DNA of 64,000 bases from Eubacteriales bacterium (GTDB lineage Bacteria; Bacillota; Clostridia; Oscillospirales; CAG-272). The stretch is taken from contig JAZPYB010000009.1 in the NCBI GenBank assembly GCA_045543955.1, positions 1,420 to 65,419 of the forward strand, in the 5' to 3' direction. Both the position numbers and the translations under genes were made by a program. Positions 15,261-25,568 of this stretch are shown here, piece after piece. How positions within the stretch are numbered: position 1 is the first letter of the stretch; each line of letters begins with the position of its first letter. The notes beneath the pieces are model-generated. The model was given only the letters and a program-made list of their open reading frames with translations, searched no databases and was not told where the DNA came from.

Positions 15261-16772
15261 ATGAAAAAGAAGATTCTAATCACTGTACTTATTATTGTGG
15301 CAATGGTTTGTATGTTTGCGATTAGTGTATCTGCTGCAGCACTAGCTCCACAAAAACCAACTCTTGATGTTTCTTTTGGAGATGTAACAACAATTCCTGA
15401 TTTTGTTGCTCCATCAGAGCTTTATGTTGACACTGACGAGCGCTTCGTGCTTGACCTTGGCGATGGTAACTATGTTACATACCCAACCTACTACATTACA
15501 AAGAATCAAGTAGCCTTTGATGTTGACTTCGGTAAGTTCAACACAGCACTTGGTGGTACATCCTATTCAAAAGCAAACATTGCAATGCTTGAAATTCCAG
15601 AGGGAATTACAACAATTAACAACTCAACCTTCTCCGGCACAGGCTATACAGTTTGTCAATACGTTCAATTTCCAAGCACTATAACAACCTTCGGAAACAA
15701 TGTGTTTTCTACAAACAAGGCAGCAAAAATTGTTGAATTTGTTGATGGCGAATCAGATTTAGCTATTGGCGATAATATGTTTAGTGGCGCATGGAACGGT
15801 GGCACAGTTATTGAGTATGTTAAGTTCCCTAACAACGCTGTCTCAATAGGTAATGGCACATTTGGAAAAACTACAACTAACAAAACCATAATTTTGGGTG
15901 AAAACCTTAAATCAATAGGTACAAACTTCTTTAGTGAATCAACACCAAGAACAACAGACACATTTATTTATGCATCAACTAATTTCTTTGCTGACACTGC
16001 TATGTTTAGTAATCTTTTTGGTAGCTATGACCAACATCACAATGCCCACCATAGACTCACGATTTTCTACACAGGAACTCAAGCGGAAGCACAAGCATTT
16101 ATTGATAAGGGCTTGGCTGTTCAAACAGGCTATATTTGGGATACCGCAGTTACTCTTGTAAGTGCAAGTGATTACGTTTATGATACTCATAAGCCAACGC
16201 AAGACAAGGGATTGACAATGGTTTATGACTACAATATTTGCGATGCATTCTATAATAGTGTTCACGACGAGAATGCGCCATACTATGAATTCGCGGGCGA
16301 AAAATATATTTCTGATTTGAATGAATGTGTAGCCTGCAACAAATGTGACAACACAATCAAAACAAAGGTTGCAGACCCTGCGTTTATTTCAAGAGGCTAT
16401 TCAAAGGATGAGTCTGCTGGTAGTTTTATGTACGATATTGTTGTGAACAAAAAGGCTATGGCAATTTATACAGAAAAGACAGGTGTTACACTCAGCTACG
16501 GATTGGTTGTTTCAGGCAATACAACAATAGATAAGCTAATAAATGAAGATGCAACAGTTGCAAGCAATGATGTTTTAAAGATTGATTTTGACGGGGCTAA
16601 TTACAATAAGCTTCAAATTAAGTTTACTAATGTTGGAGCAAATACAACCTTTAAGGTTCATGCATGCGCATATGTAATTGAAACAAACAATGGCGCAAAA
16701 GCAGTAAGATATATTGGAGATGGAACAACAAAATCAACCTCTACACCTATTTCATACTCAGAGATAGAATAA
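15261..16772 (+). CDS. secreted BspA-type LRR surface protein 2 with conserved C-terminal module
   Basis: ATG 15261 follows AAGGAGA. Signal peptide MKKKILITVLIIVAMVCMFAISVSA. LRR-like repeats. C-terminal module aligns with the 4126..6402 product (VYDY..C.AFY, YISDL, SRGYS, SYGL..SGNT, KIDF, YIG.G). Confidence 0.85.
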   Translation: MKKKILITVLIIVAMVCMFAISVSAAALAPQKPTLDVSFGDVTTIPDFVAPSELYVDTDERFVLDLGDGNYVTYPTYYITKNQVAFDVDFGKFNTALGGTSYSKANIAMLEIPEGITTINNSTFSGTGYTVCQYVQFPSTITTFGNNVFSTNKAAKIVEFVDGESDLAIGDNMFSGAWNGGTVIEYVKFPNNAVSIGNGTFGKTTTNKTIILGENLKSIGTNFFSESTPRTTDTFIYASTNFFADTAMFSNLFGSYDQHHNAHHRLTIFYTGTQAEAQAFIDKGLAVQTGYIWDTAVTLVSASDYVYDTHKPTQDKGLTMVYDYNICDAFYNSVHDENAPYYEFAGEKYISDLNECVACNKCDNTIKTKVADPAFISRGYSKDESAGSFMYDIVVNKKAMAIYTEKTGVTLSYGLVVSGNTTIDKLINEDATVASNDVLKIDFDGANYNKLQIKFTNVGANTTFKVHACAYVIETNNGAKAVRYIGDGTTKSTSTPISYSEIE

Positions 16773-16785
16773 AAAATTATCAAAT

Positions 16786-16811
16786 AAAACCACGGAATAT
16801 TCCGTGGTTTT
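16786..16811. terminator. bidirectional intrinsic terminator
   Basis: ACCACGGAAT/ATTCCGTGGT perfect palindrome, with an A-run and a T-run. Confidence 0.8.
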
Positions 16812-16814
16812 TTC

Positions 16815-18017
16815 TTATTCTTCTATTTTATTCTCGCCAAATTGCTTAACAACAATAATTTCCTTTGTTTTATATGCTTCCTCGACTAGCTCGTCAAATG
16901 GAAGTCTGTTTTGCTGCTCAATTACCTTATCAAGCTCTGGTCTTGTCCTTGGGTGTCGAGGAGTAAATACTGTACAGCAGTCCTCGTATGGCAAGGTTGA
17001 GGTCTCAAATGTACCGATATTTCTTGAAATCTTTATAATTTCTTCCTTGTCCATACCGATAAGAGGACGGAAAATTGGAATGTCGGTCATTGAGTTTGTA
17101 ACATTTATTGCCTTCATTGTCTGGCTTGCCACTTGCCCTAGACTCTCGCCTGTGATAATAGCCTCACAGTCATAATCGTGAGCTAGCTTCAAGGAAATTG
17201 CCATCATATAACGACGAAGCATAAGGGTAAAATATTCTTCCTCGCAATTATCGCGCAAAAGCTCTTGAATCTTAGTTAAAGAAACAACGTGAACACGCAA
17301 GCGCATTGTGTAGTTGGTTAAAATCTTTGCAAGGTCTAAAACCTTTTCCTTCGCACGCTCGGATGTGTATGGGTAGCTTTCAAAGTGAATAGCCTCAAGC
17401 TGTACTCCGCGCTTTGCCATCATAAAGCCAGCAACAGGGGAGTCAATTCCACCGGAAAGCAAGAGAAGTCCTCGACCACTTGAGCCGTAAGGAATACCAC
17501 CTGCGCCCTTTTCCTGTCCTGCGTGAACAAAAGCCTCATTTTCACGGATTTCAACGCGTACAACAATGTCGGGGTTTTTAACATCAACCTTGATTCCCGG
17601 TACACTGGAAAGAACAGCGCCGCCAACCTCGGCAGAAATATCAGGAGATTTCATTGGGAACTTCTTGTCAGAGCGCTTAGCCTCAGCCTTAAAGGTTTTA
17701 TAGCCCTTTAGCTTTGGTGCAAGCTCTGTCCTTACGACCTCTAAAATTGTGTCTATATTTTTTTCACAAGCAAACGCAGAAGAAACACCGACAAAGCCAA
17801 AAACATGCTTTGCTTGGTATGCCATTTCCTCAATATTTTCAATTGCTTCCTCATCAAGAGGCTCAATATATACTGTGCTTTGTGAGTAGTAAATCTTGTA
17901 GTTGCCAATGCGTCTGGCTCTTTGTCTTAATTGCTTTAGCATCTTGGCTTCAAAATCAGAACGGTTAGCGCCCTTTAAAATGACCTCACCGTACTTACAT
18001 AAAATTACTTCCTTCAT
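16815..18017 (-). CDS. thiI: tRNA 4-thiouridine(8) synthase ThiI
   Basis: THUMP-type N-terminus and PP-loop SGGIDSPVA. 400 aa. Confidence 0.9.
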   Translation of the reverse strand: MKEVILCKYGEVILKGANRSDFEAKMLKQLRQRARRIGNYKIYYSQSTVYIEPLDEEAIENIEEMAYQAKHVFGFVGVSSAFACEKNIDTILEVVRTELAPKLKGYKTFKAEAKRSDKKFPMKSPDISAEVGGAVLSSVPGIKVDVKNPDIVVRVEIRENEAFVHAGQEKGAGGIPYGSSGRGLLLLSGGIDSPVAGFMMAKRGVQLEAIHFESYPYTSERAKEKVLDLAKILTNYTMRLRVHVVSLTKIQELLRDNCEEEYFTLMLRRYMMAISLKLAHDYDCEAIITGESLGQVASQTMKAINVTNSMTDIPIFRPLIGMDKEEIIKISRNIGTFETSTLPYEDCCTVFTPRHPRTRPELDKVIEQQNRLPFDELVEEAYKTKEIIVVKQFGENKIEE

Positions 18018-19264
18018 CTAACTTGTCCCTCGCCCTTAATGATATATTTCTGGGTTGTGAGCGCACTAAGGCCCATAGGACCACGTACGTGTAGCTTTTG
18101 AGTAGATATTCCTATTTCTGCACCCAAGCCAAATTCTCCACCATCAGTAAAACGAGTGGATGCGTTAACATAAAGAGCACACGAGTCAATAGCCTTTGTA
18201 AAATAATCTGCGTTTTCTTGGCTCTTAGTGATTATAGCCTCGCTATGCCCGGTTGAGTACTTTCTTATATGCTCTACAGCCTCGTAAACGTCATTTACAA
18301 TTTTTACACTGACAATATAGTCGTCGTATTCAGTGTTGTAGTCCTCGTCACTCGCTAAAGAAATACCATCTAAAATCGCACACGTGTCCGCACATCCTCT
18401 AAATTCAAGGTTGAATTTGCGAGTAAGCTCATAGAACTTTGGCAAGAACTTTTCAGCCACAGCCTTGTTGACCAAAAGTGTTTCAATTGCGTTACATACA
18501 GATGGACGTTGGCACTTTGCGTTTAATGCAACATTTAGCGCCATTTCAATATCAGCCGACTCATCTACATAGAGATGGCAGTTTCCGGCGCCTGTTTCAA
18601 TTACAGGCACGCGAGAGTTTTCAACAACATTTTTAATTAGCCCCTTACCACCACGAGGAATTAAAACGTCAATGTAACTACGCATAGACATAAGCTCGTT
18701 TGCGCTATCACGAGTGGTGTTTTCTATAAGTGAAACCGTGCGTCTGTCAAAGCCACAAGACTCAAGCGAGTCGCCGATTAGCTTAACCATACACTTGTTT
18801 GAATTAATAGCCTCCTTGCCACCGCGCAAAACAACTGCGTTACCACTCTTCAAGCAAAGAGTAGCAGCGTCCGGGGTAACATTTGGACGTGCCTCGTAAA
18901 TCATACCAACAACGCCAATAGGCACACGATGGTTTTCAATTACAAGTCCGTTAGGGCGCACGTTTGTTTCATAGCCGGCTAGTGGGTCGGGGAGCTTAAC
19001 AATTTGCATAATAGCATCCGAAATTGCGTAGATTCTATCCTTGTTTAGCATAAGTCTATCAAGCATAGCATCGGCAATTCCGTTTTCCTTAGCCTTGGCT
19101 AAATCTATTTTATTAGCTTCAATAATTACCTCGTAATTAGATTTTAAATTCTCGGCAATTTTCGACAAAAGGTTGTTTCTTTCCTCACATGAAGCGAGTC
19201 CGATTTTTAAAGAGGCTTCCTTTGCACCAAGGCAAAGTGCCTTTATTTCTTCGTTAAGAGTCAT
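18014..19264 (-). CDS. proA: glutamate-5-semialdehyde dehydrogenase
   Basis: 416 aa, aldehyde dehydrogenase fold, full-length match to the ProA pattern. Located downstream of proB. Confidence 0.9.
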   Translation of the reverse strand: MTLNEEIKALCLGAKEASLKIGLASCEERNNLLSKIAENLKSNYEVIIEANKIDLAKAKENGIADAMLDRLMLNKDRIYAISDAIMQIVKLPDPLAGYETNVRPNGLVIENHRVPIGVVGMIYEARPNVTPDAATLCLKSGNAVVLRGGKEAINSNKCMVKLIGDSLESCGFDRRTVSLIENTTRDSANELMSMRSYIDVLIPRGGKGLIKNVVENSRVPVIETGAGNCHLYVDESADIEMALNVALNAKCQRPSVCNAIETLLVNKAVAEKFLPKFYELTRKFNLEFRGCADTCAILDGISLASDEDYNTEYDDYIVSVKIVNDVYEAVEHIRKYSTGHSEAIITKSQENADYFTKAIDSCALYVNASTRFTDGGEFGLGAEIGISTQKLHVRGPMGLSALTTQKYIIKGEGQVR

Positions 19265-19282
19265 AATTTCTCCTAAATTTAA

Positions 19283-20065
19283 TTATTTCTTTGCGGCAAA
19301 GTATGTTCCTGTATGCTTGCCATCTAAAATATCATAAAGAATGCGTGGATTTTCGCCATTCAAGATTATCATAGGAATACCGTTTTCTGTGGCGATTTTT
19401 GCCGCGTTTATTTTTGTGAGCATTCCACCGGTTCCACGCTCACTGCCAGCACCACCGGCATATGCGATTATCTCATCAGTGATTTTGTCAACTCTGCCGA
19501 TAAGCTTAGCATCTGGATCCTTTCTTGGGTCAGCGCTATATAGGCCGTCAATATCAGAAAGATTGATAATGATGTCAGCATCACAGGCTATTGCAACATA
19601 AGCGGAAAGAGTATCGTTTCCACCAAAGCGAATACCATCACAGGAGACAGAGTCGTTTTCATTAACAATAGGAATACAGTTCATTGAAAGAAGGGTGTTG
19701 AATGTGTTTTTAACAAGTGACAGGCGATGCTCGTCATCAACAACGTCCTTTGTCATTAAAATTTGCGCAACTGTATGTGAGTAGTTTGCAAAAAAGTTTT
19801 CATAAATTTTCATAAGCTGACTTTGACCAACAGCAGCACAGGCTTGCTTTTCTTCCAAGGTCTTTGGGTATTCAGAAAGTGCGAGCTTAGCATAGCCTGC
19901 GCCAACAGCGCCCGAGCTAACCACAACGACCTCGTGTCCTGCGTTTTTAAAATCAGCAATTGTTTGAACCAAAACCTCAATTCTTCTTAGGTTTAGAGAG
20001 CCATTTGGGTAGGTTAAGGTTGATGTACCGATTTTTATAACTATTCTTTTACAGTTCTTAATCAT
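19283..20065 (-). CDS. proB: glutamate 5-kinase (short form without PUA domain)
   Basis: IVIKIGTSTLT N-terminus, amino-acid kinase fold, 260 aa. Confidence 0.9.
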   Translation of the reverse strand: MIKNCKRIVIKIGTSTLTYPNGSLNLRRIEVLVQTIADFKNAGHEVVVVSSGAVGAGYAKLALSEYPKTLEEKQACAAVGQSQLMKIYENFFANYSHTVAQILMTKDVVDDEHRLSLVKNTFNTLLSMNCIPIVNENDSVSCDGIRFGGNDTLSAYVAIACDADIIINLSDIDGLYSADPRKDPDAKLIGRVDKITDEIIAYAGGAGSERGTGGMLTKINAAKIATENGIPMIILNGENPRILYDILDGKHTGTYFAAKK

Positions 20066-20193
20066 AATAATGCTCCAAAAAATAAAATTTGTCTTGATAA
20101 AATACTAAAGTTAATATATAATTGAAATGTAAGTTATACTTTATTATAGCCTCTTACTTCAAAAATTGCAAGAGGTTTGGGAAGGAAAAGAGA

Positions 20194-20517
20194 ATGAAAG
20201 AAAAGATTTATGTAGAAATTGCTGGAATAAAGCTCGGAATTGTTAGCGAGGACGGAAGAGAATATGTAGAGCAGGTTGCAAAAACTGTTAATGACGAGGT
20301 TAACGCAATACTAAAAAGCAGCAAGGGAAGAACACTCGTTGAGGCGGCTCTTTTCTGTGCTATGACTCACGTTGGTCAAGGTGGCGAGGATTCCTTGAAG
20401 GTTAGAAATTTGGAAACTCAAATAGCACTATACCAAGCAAACATTAACATACTAAAAAGAGAAAATGAGGAGCTTCGTGCAAAGCTTGAAGGAAATAATG
20501 AAGAATACTACGGTTGA
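20194..20517 (+). CDS. zapA: cell division protein ZapA-like
   Basis: Trimmed to MKEKIYVEIAGIKLGI, which follows GGAAGGAAAAG. ~107 aa with a coiled-coil tail. Confidence 0.6.
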   Translation: MKEKIYVEIAGIKLGIVSEDGREYVEQVAKTVNDEVNAILKSSKGRTLVEAALFCAMTHVGQGGEDSLKVRNLETQIALYQANINILKRENEELRAKLEGNNEEYYG

Positions 20518-22480
20518 GATTCTGGCACCTGCAGGGGACTATGATGCCTTGGTTGGTGCAATCCATTCGGGTGCAGATGCAGTATATCTCGGTATTGGCG
20601 AGTTTAATGCAAGAATAAGGGCTGAAAACTTTACACAAGAGTCAGTATCCGATGCTATAAGGCTTGCCCACTCGCATAATGTTAAGGTTTATATTACCTT
20701 GAATACTGAGCTATATGACAAGGAGCTTCCTAAAATGCTTGAATATGTAGCAAAGCTATATAATTTAGGCGCAGATGCATTTATTGTTGCTGATTTTGGT
20801 GTAGCCAGTCTGATAAAAGAAAGCTACCCAGAGATTGAAATTCACGCAAGTACACAATGCTCAATTCACAATCTGGATGGCGCGAATTTAGCAAATGAAG
20901 CCCTTGGCTTTTCAAGGGTTGTTTTGGCGCGCGAGCTTGACGCAAAAAACATAGAATACGTGACGAAAAATGCAAATTGCGAAACTGAGATATTCGTTCA
21001 CGGCGCGCACTGTATGTCTGTTTCTGGTCAATGCCTTGCAAGTTATTTTCAAGGTGGTAGAAGTGGCAACCGAGGAGAGTGCGCACAGCCCTGTCGCTTG
21101 CCATACACAATAAATGGTAAAAGCGCATACCATCTTAGCCTAAAGGATATGAGCTTAAACCAACACATTCCGGAAATTTTAAATTCAGGTGTCGCTTCCT
21201 TGAAAATCGAAGGACGAATGAAAAGTAAGGAATATGTCAGCGGAACAGTTGCTGTTTGGAGAGAATTTGTAGATAAAAAAAGGAACGCAACAAATGGCGA
21301 AATTGCGACACTGGGTAACCTTTTTTCACGCCAAGGCTTTACGGATGGCTATTATATAGGAAAGATTGACAAATCTATGCTCGGTATTCGTACACAAGAT
21401 AACAAGGATGCTACAAAATCACAAAAGGAAGTGGAAATTACACTAGAAAAGCCAGAGATTGATTTGTATGCCGAGTTTTTTATAGGCGAAAAATCCAAGC
21501 TTACGCTTTTATCAAAAACCAAGAGCGTAACCGTGTATGGCGATATAGTCGAGGGCGCAATTAACGCCCCAATTTCTAAGAAAGATATAATAAAAAATCT
21601 CTCAAAGCTTGGCTCAACACCGTTTTCACTAGGCAAAATCGAGGTTTCAAAATCTGACGATATTATGGTTAGAGTGTCGTATATTAACGCCTTGCGCCGA
21701 CTGGCTATTGAGAAGTATTTTGAGCCTGAAAGCGAGCTTGTACCAAAAGAGTACGCACCTGTTCAGCTGAAAGTACCTAAAAAGATTAAAACAGCAGTAT
21801 TTGTTAGCGAGGAGCAAATCCCTAAAAACCATAACTATTTTGATATTTGTTTTATTCCATTAGATAAATACAAAAAAGGCTCACGCGCAAATGGTGTGCA
21901 AATGCCACCGGTTGTTTTTGATAGTGAGTGGCAAGAGATTGATAGAATGCTTGACATAGCAAGCGCAGATGGAATTGAATGGGTGTTGGTTTCCAATATC
22001 GGTCAAATCAAGCGTGTAAGGGAAAAGGGCTTTAAAATGATTTTCGACTATCGTTTTAATGCTTTTAATGCACCCTGTGTCGAGTTTTTATCAAAAAATG
22101 GTGCAGAAAATGTTGTGATTTCTCCTGAGCTATCTAAAGCACAAGCAAGAGAATATAAGGGCTATTCTATAATTGCATATGGACATATTCCAATGATGAC
22201 AACACACAAATGCATTTTAAAGGACACAGTAGGATGCGACAGATGCAAGGGTTATATGAGTGACCGTCAGGGAGCTAAGCTTTTTGCTCACGGCATCTAC
22301 GGACACAGAAATCTAATTTACAATAGTGTGCCTGTCTATATGGCAGATAAGCTAAACGAAATTGACGATTTTTCTTGGCACTTTATTTTTTCCTCTGAGT
22401 CTAGGGATGAGTGCGAAAAAATTATTGAAGCCTATAAAAACAAAAAAGCTTCAAATGGAAGCTTTAGACGTATAAAATAG
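20498..22480 (+). CDS. U32 family peptidase (long two-module form)
   Basis: EILAPAGDYDAL..GADAVYLG and EIFVHGAHCMSVSGQC motifs. Confidence 0.85.
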   Translation: MKNTTVEILAPAGDYDALVGAIHSGADAVYLGIGEFNARIRAENFTQESVSDAIRLAHSHNVKVYITLNTELYDKELPKMLEYVAKLYNLGADAFIVADFGVASLIKESYPEIEIHASTQCSIHNLDGANLANEALGFSRVVLARELDAKNIEYVTKNANCETEIFVHGAHCMSVSGQCLASYFQGGRSGNRGECAQPCRLPYTINGKSAYHLSLKDMSLNQHIPEILNSGVASLKIEGRMKSKEYVSGTVAVWREFVDKKRNATNGEIATLGNLFSRQGFTDGYYIGKIDKSMLGIRTQDNKDATKSQKEVEITLEKPEIDLYAEFFIGEKSKLTLLSKTKSVTVYGDIVEGAINAPISKKDIIKNLSKLGSTPFSLGKIEVSKSDDIMVRVSYINALRRLAIEKYFEPESELVPKEYAPVQLKVPKKIKTAVFVSEEQIPKNHNYFDICFIPLDKYKKGSRANGVQMPPVVFDSEWQEIDRMLDIASADGIEWVLVSNIGQIKRVREKGFKMIFDYRFNAFNAPCVEFLSKNGAENVVISPELSKAQAREYKGYSIIAYGHIPMMTTHKCILKDTVGCDRCKGYMSDRQGAKLFAHGIYGHRNLIYNSVPVYMADKLNEIDDFSWHFIFSSESRDECEKIIEAYKNKKASNGSFRRIK

Positions 22481-22488
22481 AGGTGTAT

Positions 22489-23055
22489 ATGAAGCTAGTT
22501 TTAGCATCAAAATCCCCACGCAGGCGTGAAATTCTTTCTATGGTAACAGAGAATTTTGAGGTGCGCGTGAGTGGAGCAGATGAAGATATAGAAAATCCAA
22601 CTAATATATTTGATATTCCAAGGCTTTTAGCTGAAAGGAAGGCAGAGGCGACTCCGATTTATGACAATGAAATTATAATCGGCTGTGATACTGTCGTAAT
22701 TTATAAAGATGAGCTTTTAGGTAAGCCGACCGACAAAAATGATGCTATAAGAATGCTAAAGCTTTTGTCGGGCACAACTCATTATGTTGTTAGTGGACTT
22801 GCACTAAAAACTAAAGAAAAAATTGTGTCAAAAACAGCGAGAACATCAGTTGTGATGCGTGAGTTAACCGATGACGAGATTTTATCGTATGTAGAAAAAT
22901 ACAACCCAACCGATAAGGCGGGCGCATACGGAATACAAGAAATGGCTGGCTCATTTGTTGAAAAAATTGATGGAGATTTTTATAATGTTGTTGGCTTGCC
23001 ACTTTGTGAGCTGATTGTTACCTTGCGCCAGGAATTTGGAGTTGAACTTAACTAA
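22489..23055 (+). CDS. maf: Maf-like nucleoside triphosphate pyrophosphatase
   Basis: LASKSPRRREIL N-terminus and GAYGIQ motif. Confidence 0.9.
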   Translation: MKLVLASKSPRRREILSMVTENFEVRVSGADEDIENPTNIFDIPRLLAERKAEATPIYDNEIIIGCDTVVIYKDELLGKPTDKNDAIRMLKLLSGTTHYVVSGLALKTKEKIVSKTARTSVVMRELTDDEILSYVEKYNPTDKAGAYGIQEMAGSFVEKIDGDFYNVVGLPLCELIVTLRQEFGVELN

Positions 23056-23088
23056 AAACAGAAAAACAGTGAGAGGAGTGTCTAAGTT

Positions 23089-24162
23089 TTGACTAAAAAA
23101 GAGAAGAAAGCCAAAATTGAAAAGGTGGTTGAAATACTTAAAAAGCAATACCCGGAGGCACTTTGCTCACTAGAGTACGAGGGAGACGGATGGAAGCTGC
23201 TTGTAATGGGCAGACTAAGTGCTCAATGTACCGACGAAAGAGTAAATATTGTTTGCAAGGACCTTTTTAAGGTCTATCCAAATGCAAAAGCATTAGCTGA
23301 TGCTCCACTTGAGGATATTGAAAGAATTATTAAGCCCTGTGGCTTATATAAAATGAAAGCCAAAAGTATAAAGGAAGAGTCAAGAAAGCTCCATTATGAG
23401 TATAACGGAGTCGTACCTGACACAATGGAAGAGCTTCTTACCTTTGAGGGCGTTGGCAGAAAAATTGCCAACCTCCTTTTAGGCGACCTTTATAAAAAGC
23501 CTGCAATTGTTGCAGATACACATTGTATGCGCATTTGTGGTCGTCTTGGTATGTATAAGGAGGGTATGAAGGACCCACTCAAAACAGAAATTATAATGTC
23601 AGAGCTAATTGCACCCGAGGAGCAGAGCGATTTTTGTCATAGAATGGTTCTTTTTGGGCGCGAATTTTGTACAGCAAAAAGTCCAAAATGCGACACGTGT
23701 CCCCTGAAAACGGTCTGCAAAGACGAAATTAAGGTAGAAAAGCTAGGAGTAAAAAGAATTGGCGAGTGTCTTGACCTTGTTTGGCAAGTTTTCTCTCAAT
23801 TTGAGGTGCCTGTTTTCCCACCGGAGGGCGCAACTGAATACAAAAGAATAATAGAAGAAACAAGAGAAAAGAAAAATATCGTTTTCTATGCAGCCATAGT
23901 AAATGGCAAGATTGTCGGTGTACTTGGTATGCGTGAAAGCAACCATATAGGTTACTTTTACGTTGATAGCATCTACCATAAAAGAGGAATAGGAAGGTCG
24001 CTCTTTAATCGAATGAAGCGCGATTATGATATCAAGGAGTTTACAGTAAACGCAGCACCATATGGAGTGCCGATTTATACTCGTCTTGGCTTTGTGCCAA
24101 CAGATACCCAAAAGAACGTAAACGGTGTTATTTTTACTCCAATGAAATATAATGAAAATTAA
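23089..24162 (+). CDS. nth: endonuclease III (Nth) fused to a C-terminal GNAT acetyltransferase domain
   Basis: TTG start 10 nt after GAGAGGAG. HhH-GPD region (FEGVGRKIANL) and the FeS cluster CTAKSPKCDTCPLKTVC. Then ~140 aa with the GNAT core (IVGVLGMRE..YFYVDSIYHKRGIGRSLF). One uninterrupted frame. Confidence 0.8.
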   Translation: MTKKEKKAKIEKVVEILKKQYPEALCSLEYEGDGWKLLVMGRLSAQCTDERVNIVCKDLFKVYPNAKALADAPLEDIERIIKPCGLYKMKAKSIKEESRKLHYEYNGVVPDTMEELLTFEGVGRKIANLLLGDLYKKPAIVADTHCMRICGRLGMYKEGMKDPLKTEIIMSELIAPEEQSDFCHRMVLFGREFCTAKSPKCDTCPLKTVCKDEIKVEKLGVKRIGECLDLVWQVFSQFEVPVFPPEGATEYKRIIEETREKKNIVFYAAIVNGKIVGVLGMRESNHIGYFYVDSIYHKRGIGRSLFNRMKRDYDIKEFTVNAAPYGVPIYTRLGFVPTDTQKNVNGVIFTPMKYNEN

Positions 24163-24165
24163 AAA

Positions 24166-24192
24166 AGCAGGGGTTTTCCCTGCTTTTATTTT
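24166..24192. terminator. bidirectional intrinsic terminator
   Basis: AGCAGGG-GTTTT-CCCTGCT with flanking A and T runs. Confidence 0.7.
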
Positions 24193-25526
24193 TTCTTTTG
24201 TTGCAATTCGGATTTTTTCTCTTCCTCAGCCTTTTTTTGCTTGTTTTGTGCGCGCTCACGCATTAATTTATCGTGAATTGCAAGGGTTGCAAAATAAACC
24301 TTTGTAACAACATCTTTTTTGCTTGTGTAACAGACAAATGTGTTATCTGCCACGGAAATTTGTATACAAGGGTCGCGACGCTTAAAGCAATAATTATATT
24401 CTATGTGAATGTTATAAAGACCTCTTGATGGGCGGGAAATTTTATAGCTTTGACCATTATAGAAGCCGTCAAGCGTCATACCATTCTCAAGTGAGTGTTT
24501 CAAAAATGCCTTGCCTAATGGAATAAATCTTTTGTAGTTTGGCAGAGCATAAACGTCAACATCATCCTCAAAGTGATATGTTCCGTCTTCAACCTCTTTT
24601 CTGACATTGTCCCATTGCCAATTATACCAATCGGGAATGTGAGAAAACTCGGTCTTTCCGTTTTGTGCACGCATTTCGCCTAACTCAGTCATAACCCATC
24701 GTTTGCCACAGTTCATACACCAAAGGGTAATGCCACGTGAAAGCATTTGATGCTCCTTCTTGCAATGTGGACATTGGTAAAGAATCTTGTGCAAGCCCTC
24801 GGCACGCCAAGGCTCGTCGATAACTATACTGTTTTCCTTTTGATATTTATATTCGTCGTAATACATTTCCTTACGAATAAGATCGACAATTTCTTGGCTT
24901 GTCATTCTCTCAATGTCCTCAACATCGAGGACCTTTTTCATTGTTGTATGGGTTTTTACATTTCGCTTTCTTTCCCAATCCCAGAACGGAGAGCGCAAAT
25001 AATTACCCCTGTGGACAACAACGACAACAGGCTTTTTTAGTTTTTTTATCAAAGCACCATACGAGTCTGGGAATGGCGCAAGAACACCTGCGTTTGAATA
25101 TGCAGCCTCTGGGTAAATTGAAAGAATATCGCCATATTCCTCAAGCACAGTTTCGCACGAGGAAATTAGGTGTGGGTCGGTTGTGAAGCGCCTTTTGGGA
25201 ATACAACCAACAAGCTTCATAAGCCAACCGCGAATACCCCAAAACCCATAGTGTCCCTCAAAGGTAGTTATGCTATGGAAATCGTAAGGGTAGGTTAAAA
25301 TAGCATTGATTTCCATATCACTAAAGGTTTGGTGGTTTGAAAGAATTATGTATGGAGGCTTTAACCCCTTCATATTAATTTTTTCAAGCTTTTTTATTTT
25401 GCCACGCATAAGGTTTCTACTCATGGTCTTAACAAACCATGTCAGAAAATGCCAGCATTTGTGGGGCTTTTCTGAAGTATCAAGAGGCTTTACGTGTCTC
25501 TTATACTTAATTTTATTAAGCTCCAT
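24186..25526 (-). CDS. PlsC-family (lysophospholipid) acyltransferase with zinc-ribbon-containing C-terminal extension
   Basis: NHQTFSD (HX4D) motif and EGHY-type block. CPHCKK..(16 aa)..CMNCGK ribbon. Lys/Glu-rich tail. Confidence 0.7.
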   Translation of the reverse strand: MELNKIKYKRHVKPLDTSEKPHKCWHFLTWFVKTMSRNLMRGKIKKLEKINMKGLKPPYIILSNHQTFSDMEINAILTYPYDFHSITTFEGHYGFWGIRGWLMKLVGCIPKRRFTTDPHLISSCETVLEEYGDILSIYPEAAYSNAGVLAPFPDSYGALIKKLKKPVVVVVHRGNYLRSPFWDWERKRNVKTHTTMKKVLDVEDIERMTSQEIVDLIRKEMYYDEYKYQKENSIVIDEPWRAEGLHKILYQCPHCKKEHQMLSRGITLWCMNCGKRWVMTELGEMRAQNGKTEFSHIPDWYNWQWDNVRKEVEDGTYHFEDDVDVYALPNYKRFIPLGKAFLKHSLENGMTLDGFYNGQSYKISRPSRGLYNIHIEYNYCFKRRDPCIQISVADNTFVCYTSKKDVVTKVYFATLAIHDKLMRERAQNKQKKAEEEKKSELQQKKK

Positions 25527-25568
25527 AAAGTCCTCCCGTTACTCAAATTACTCAAAAATAGTACGATT

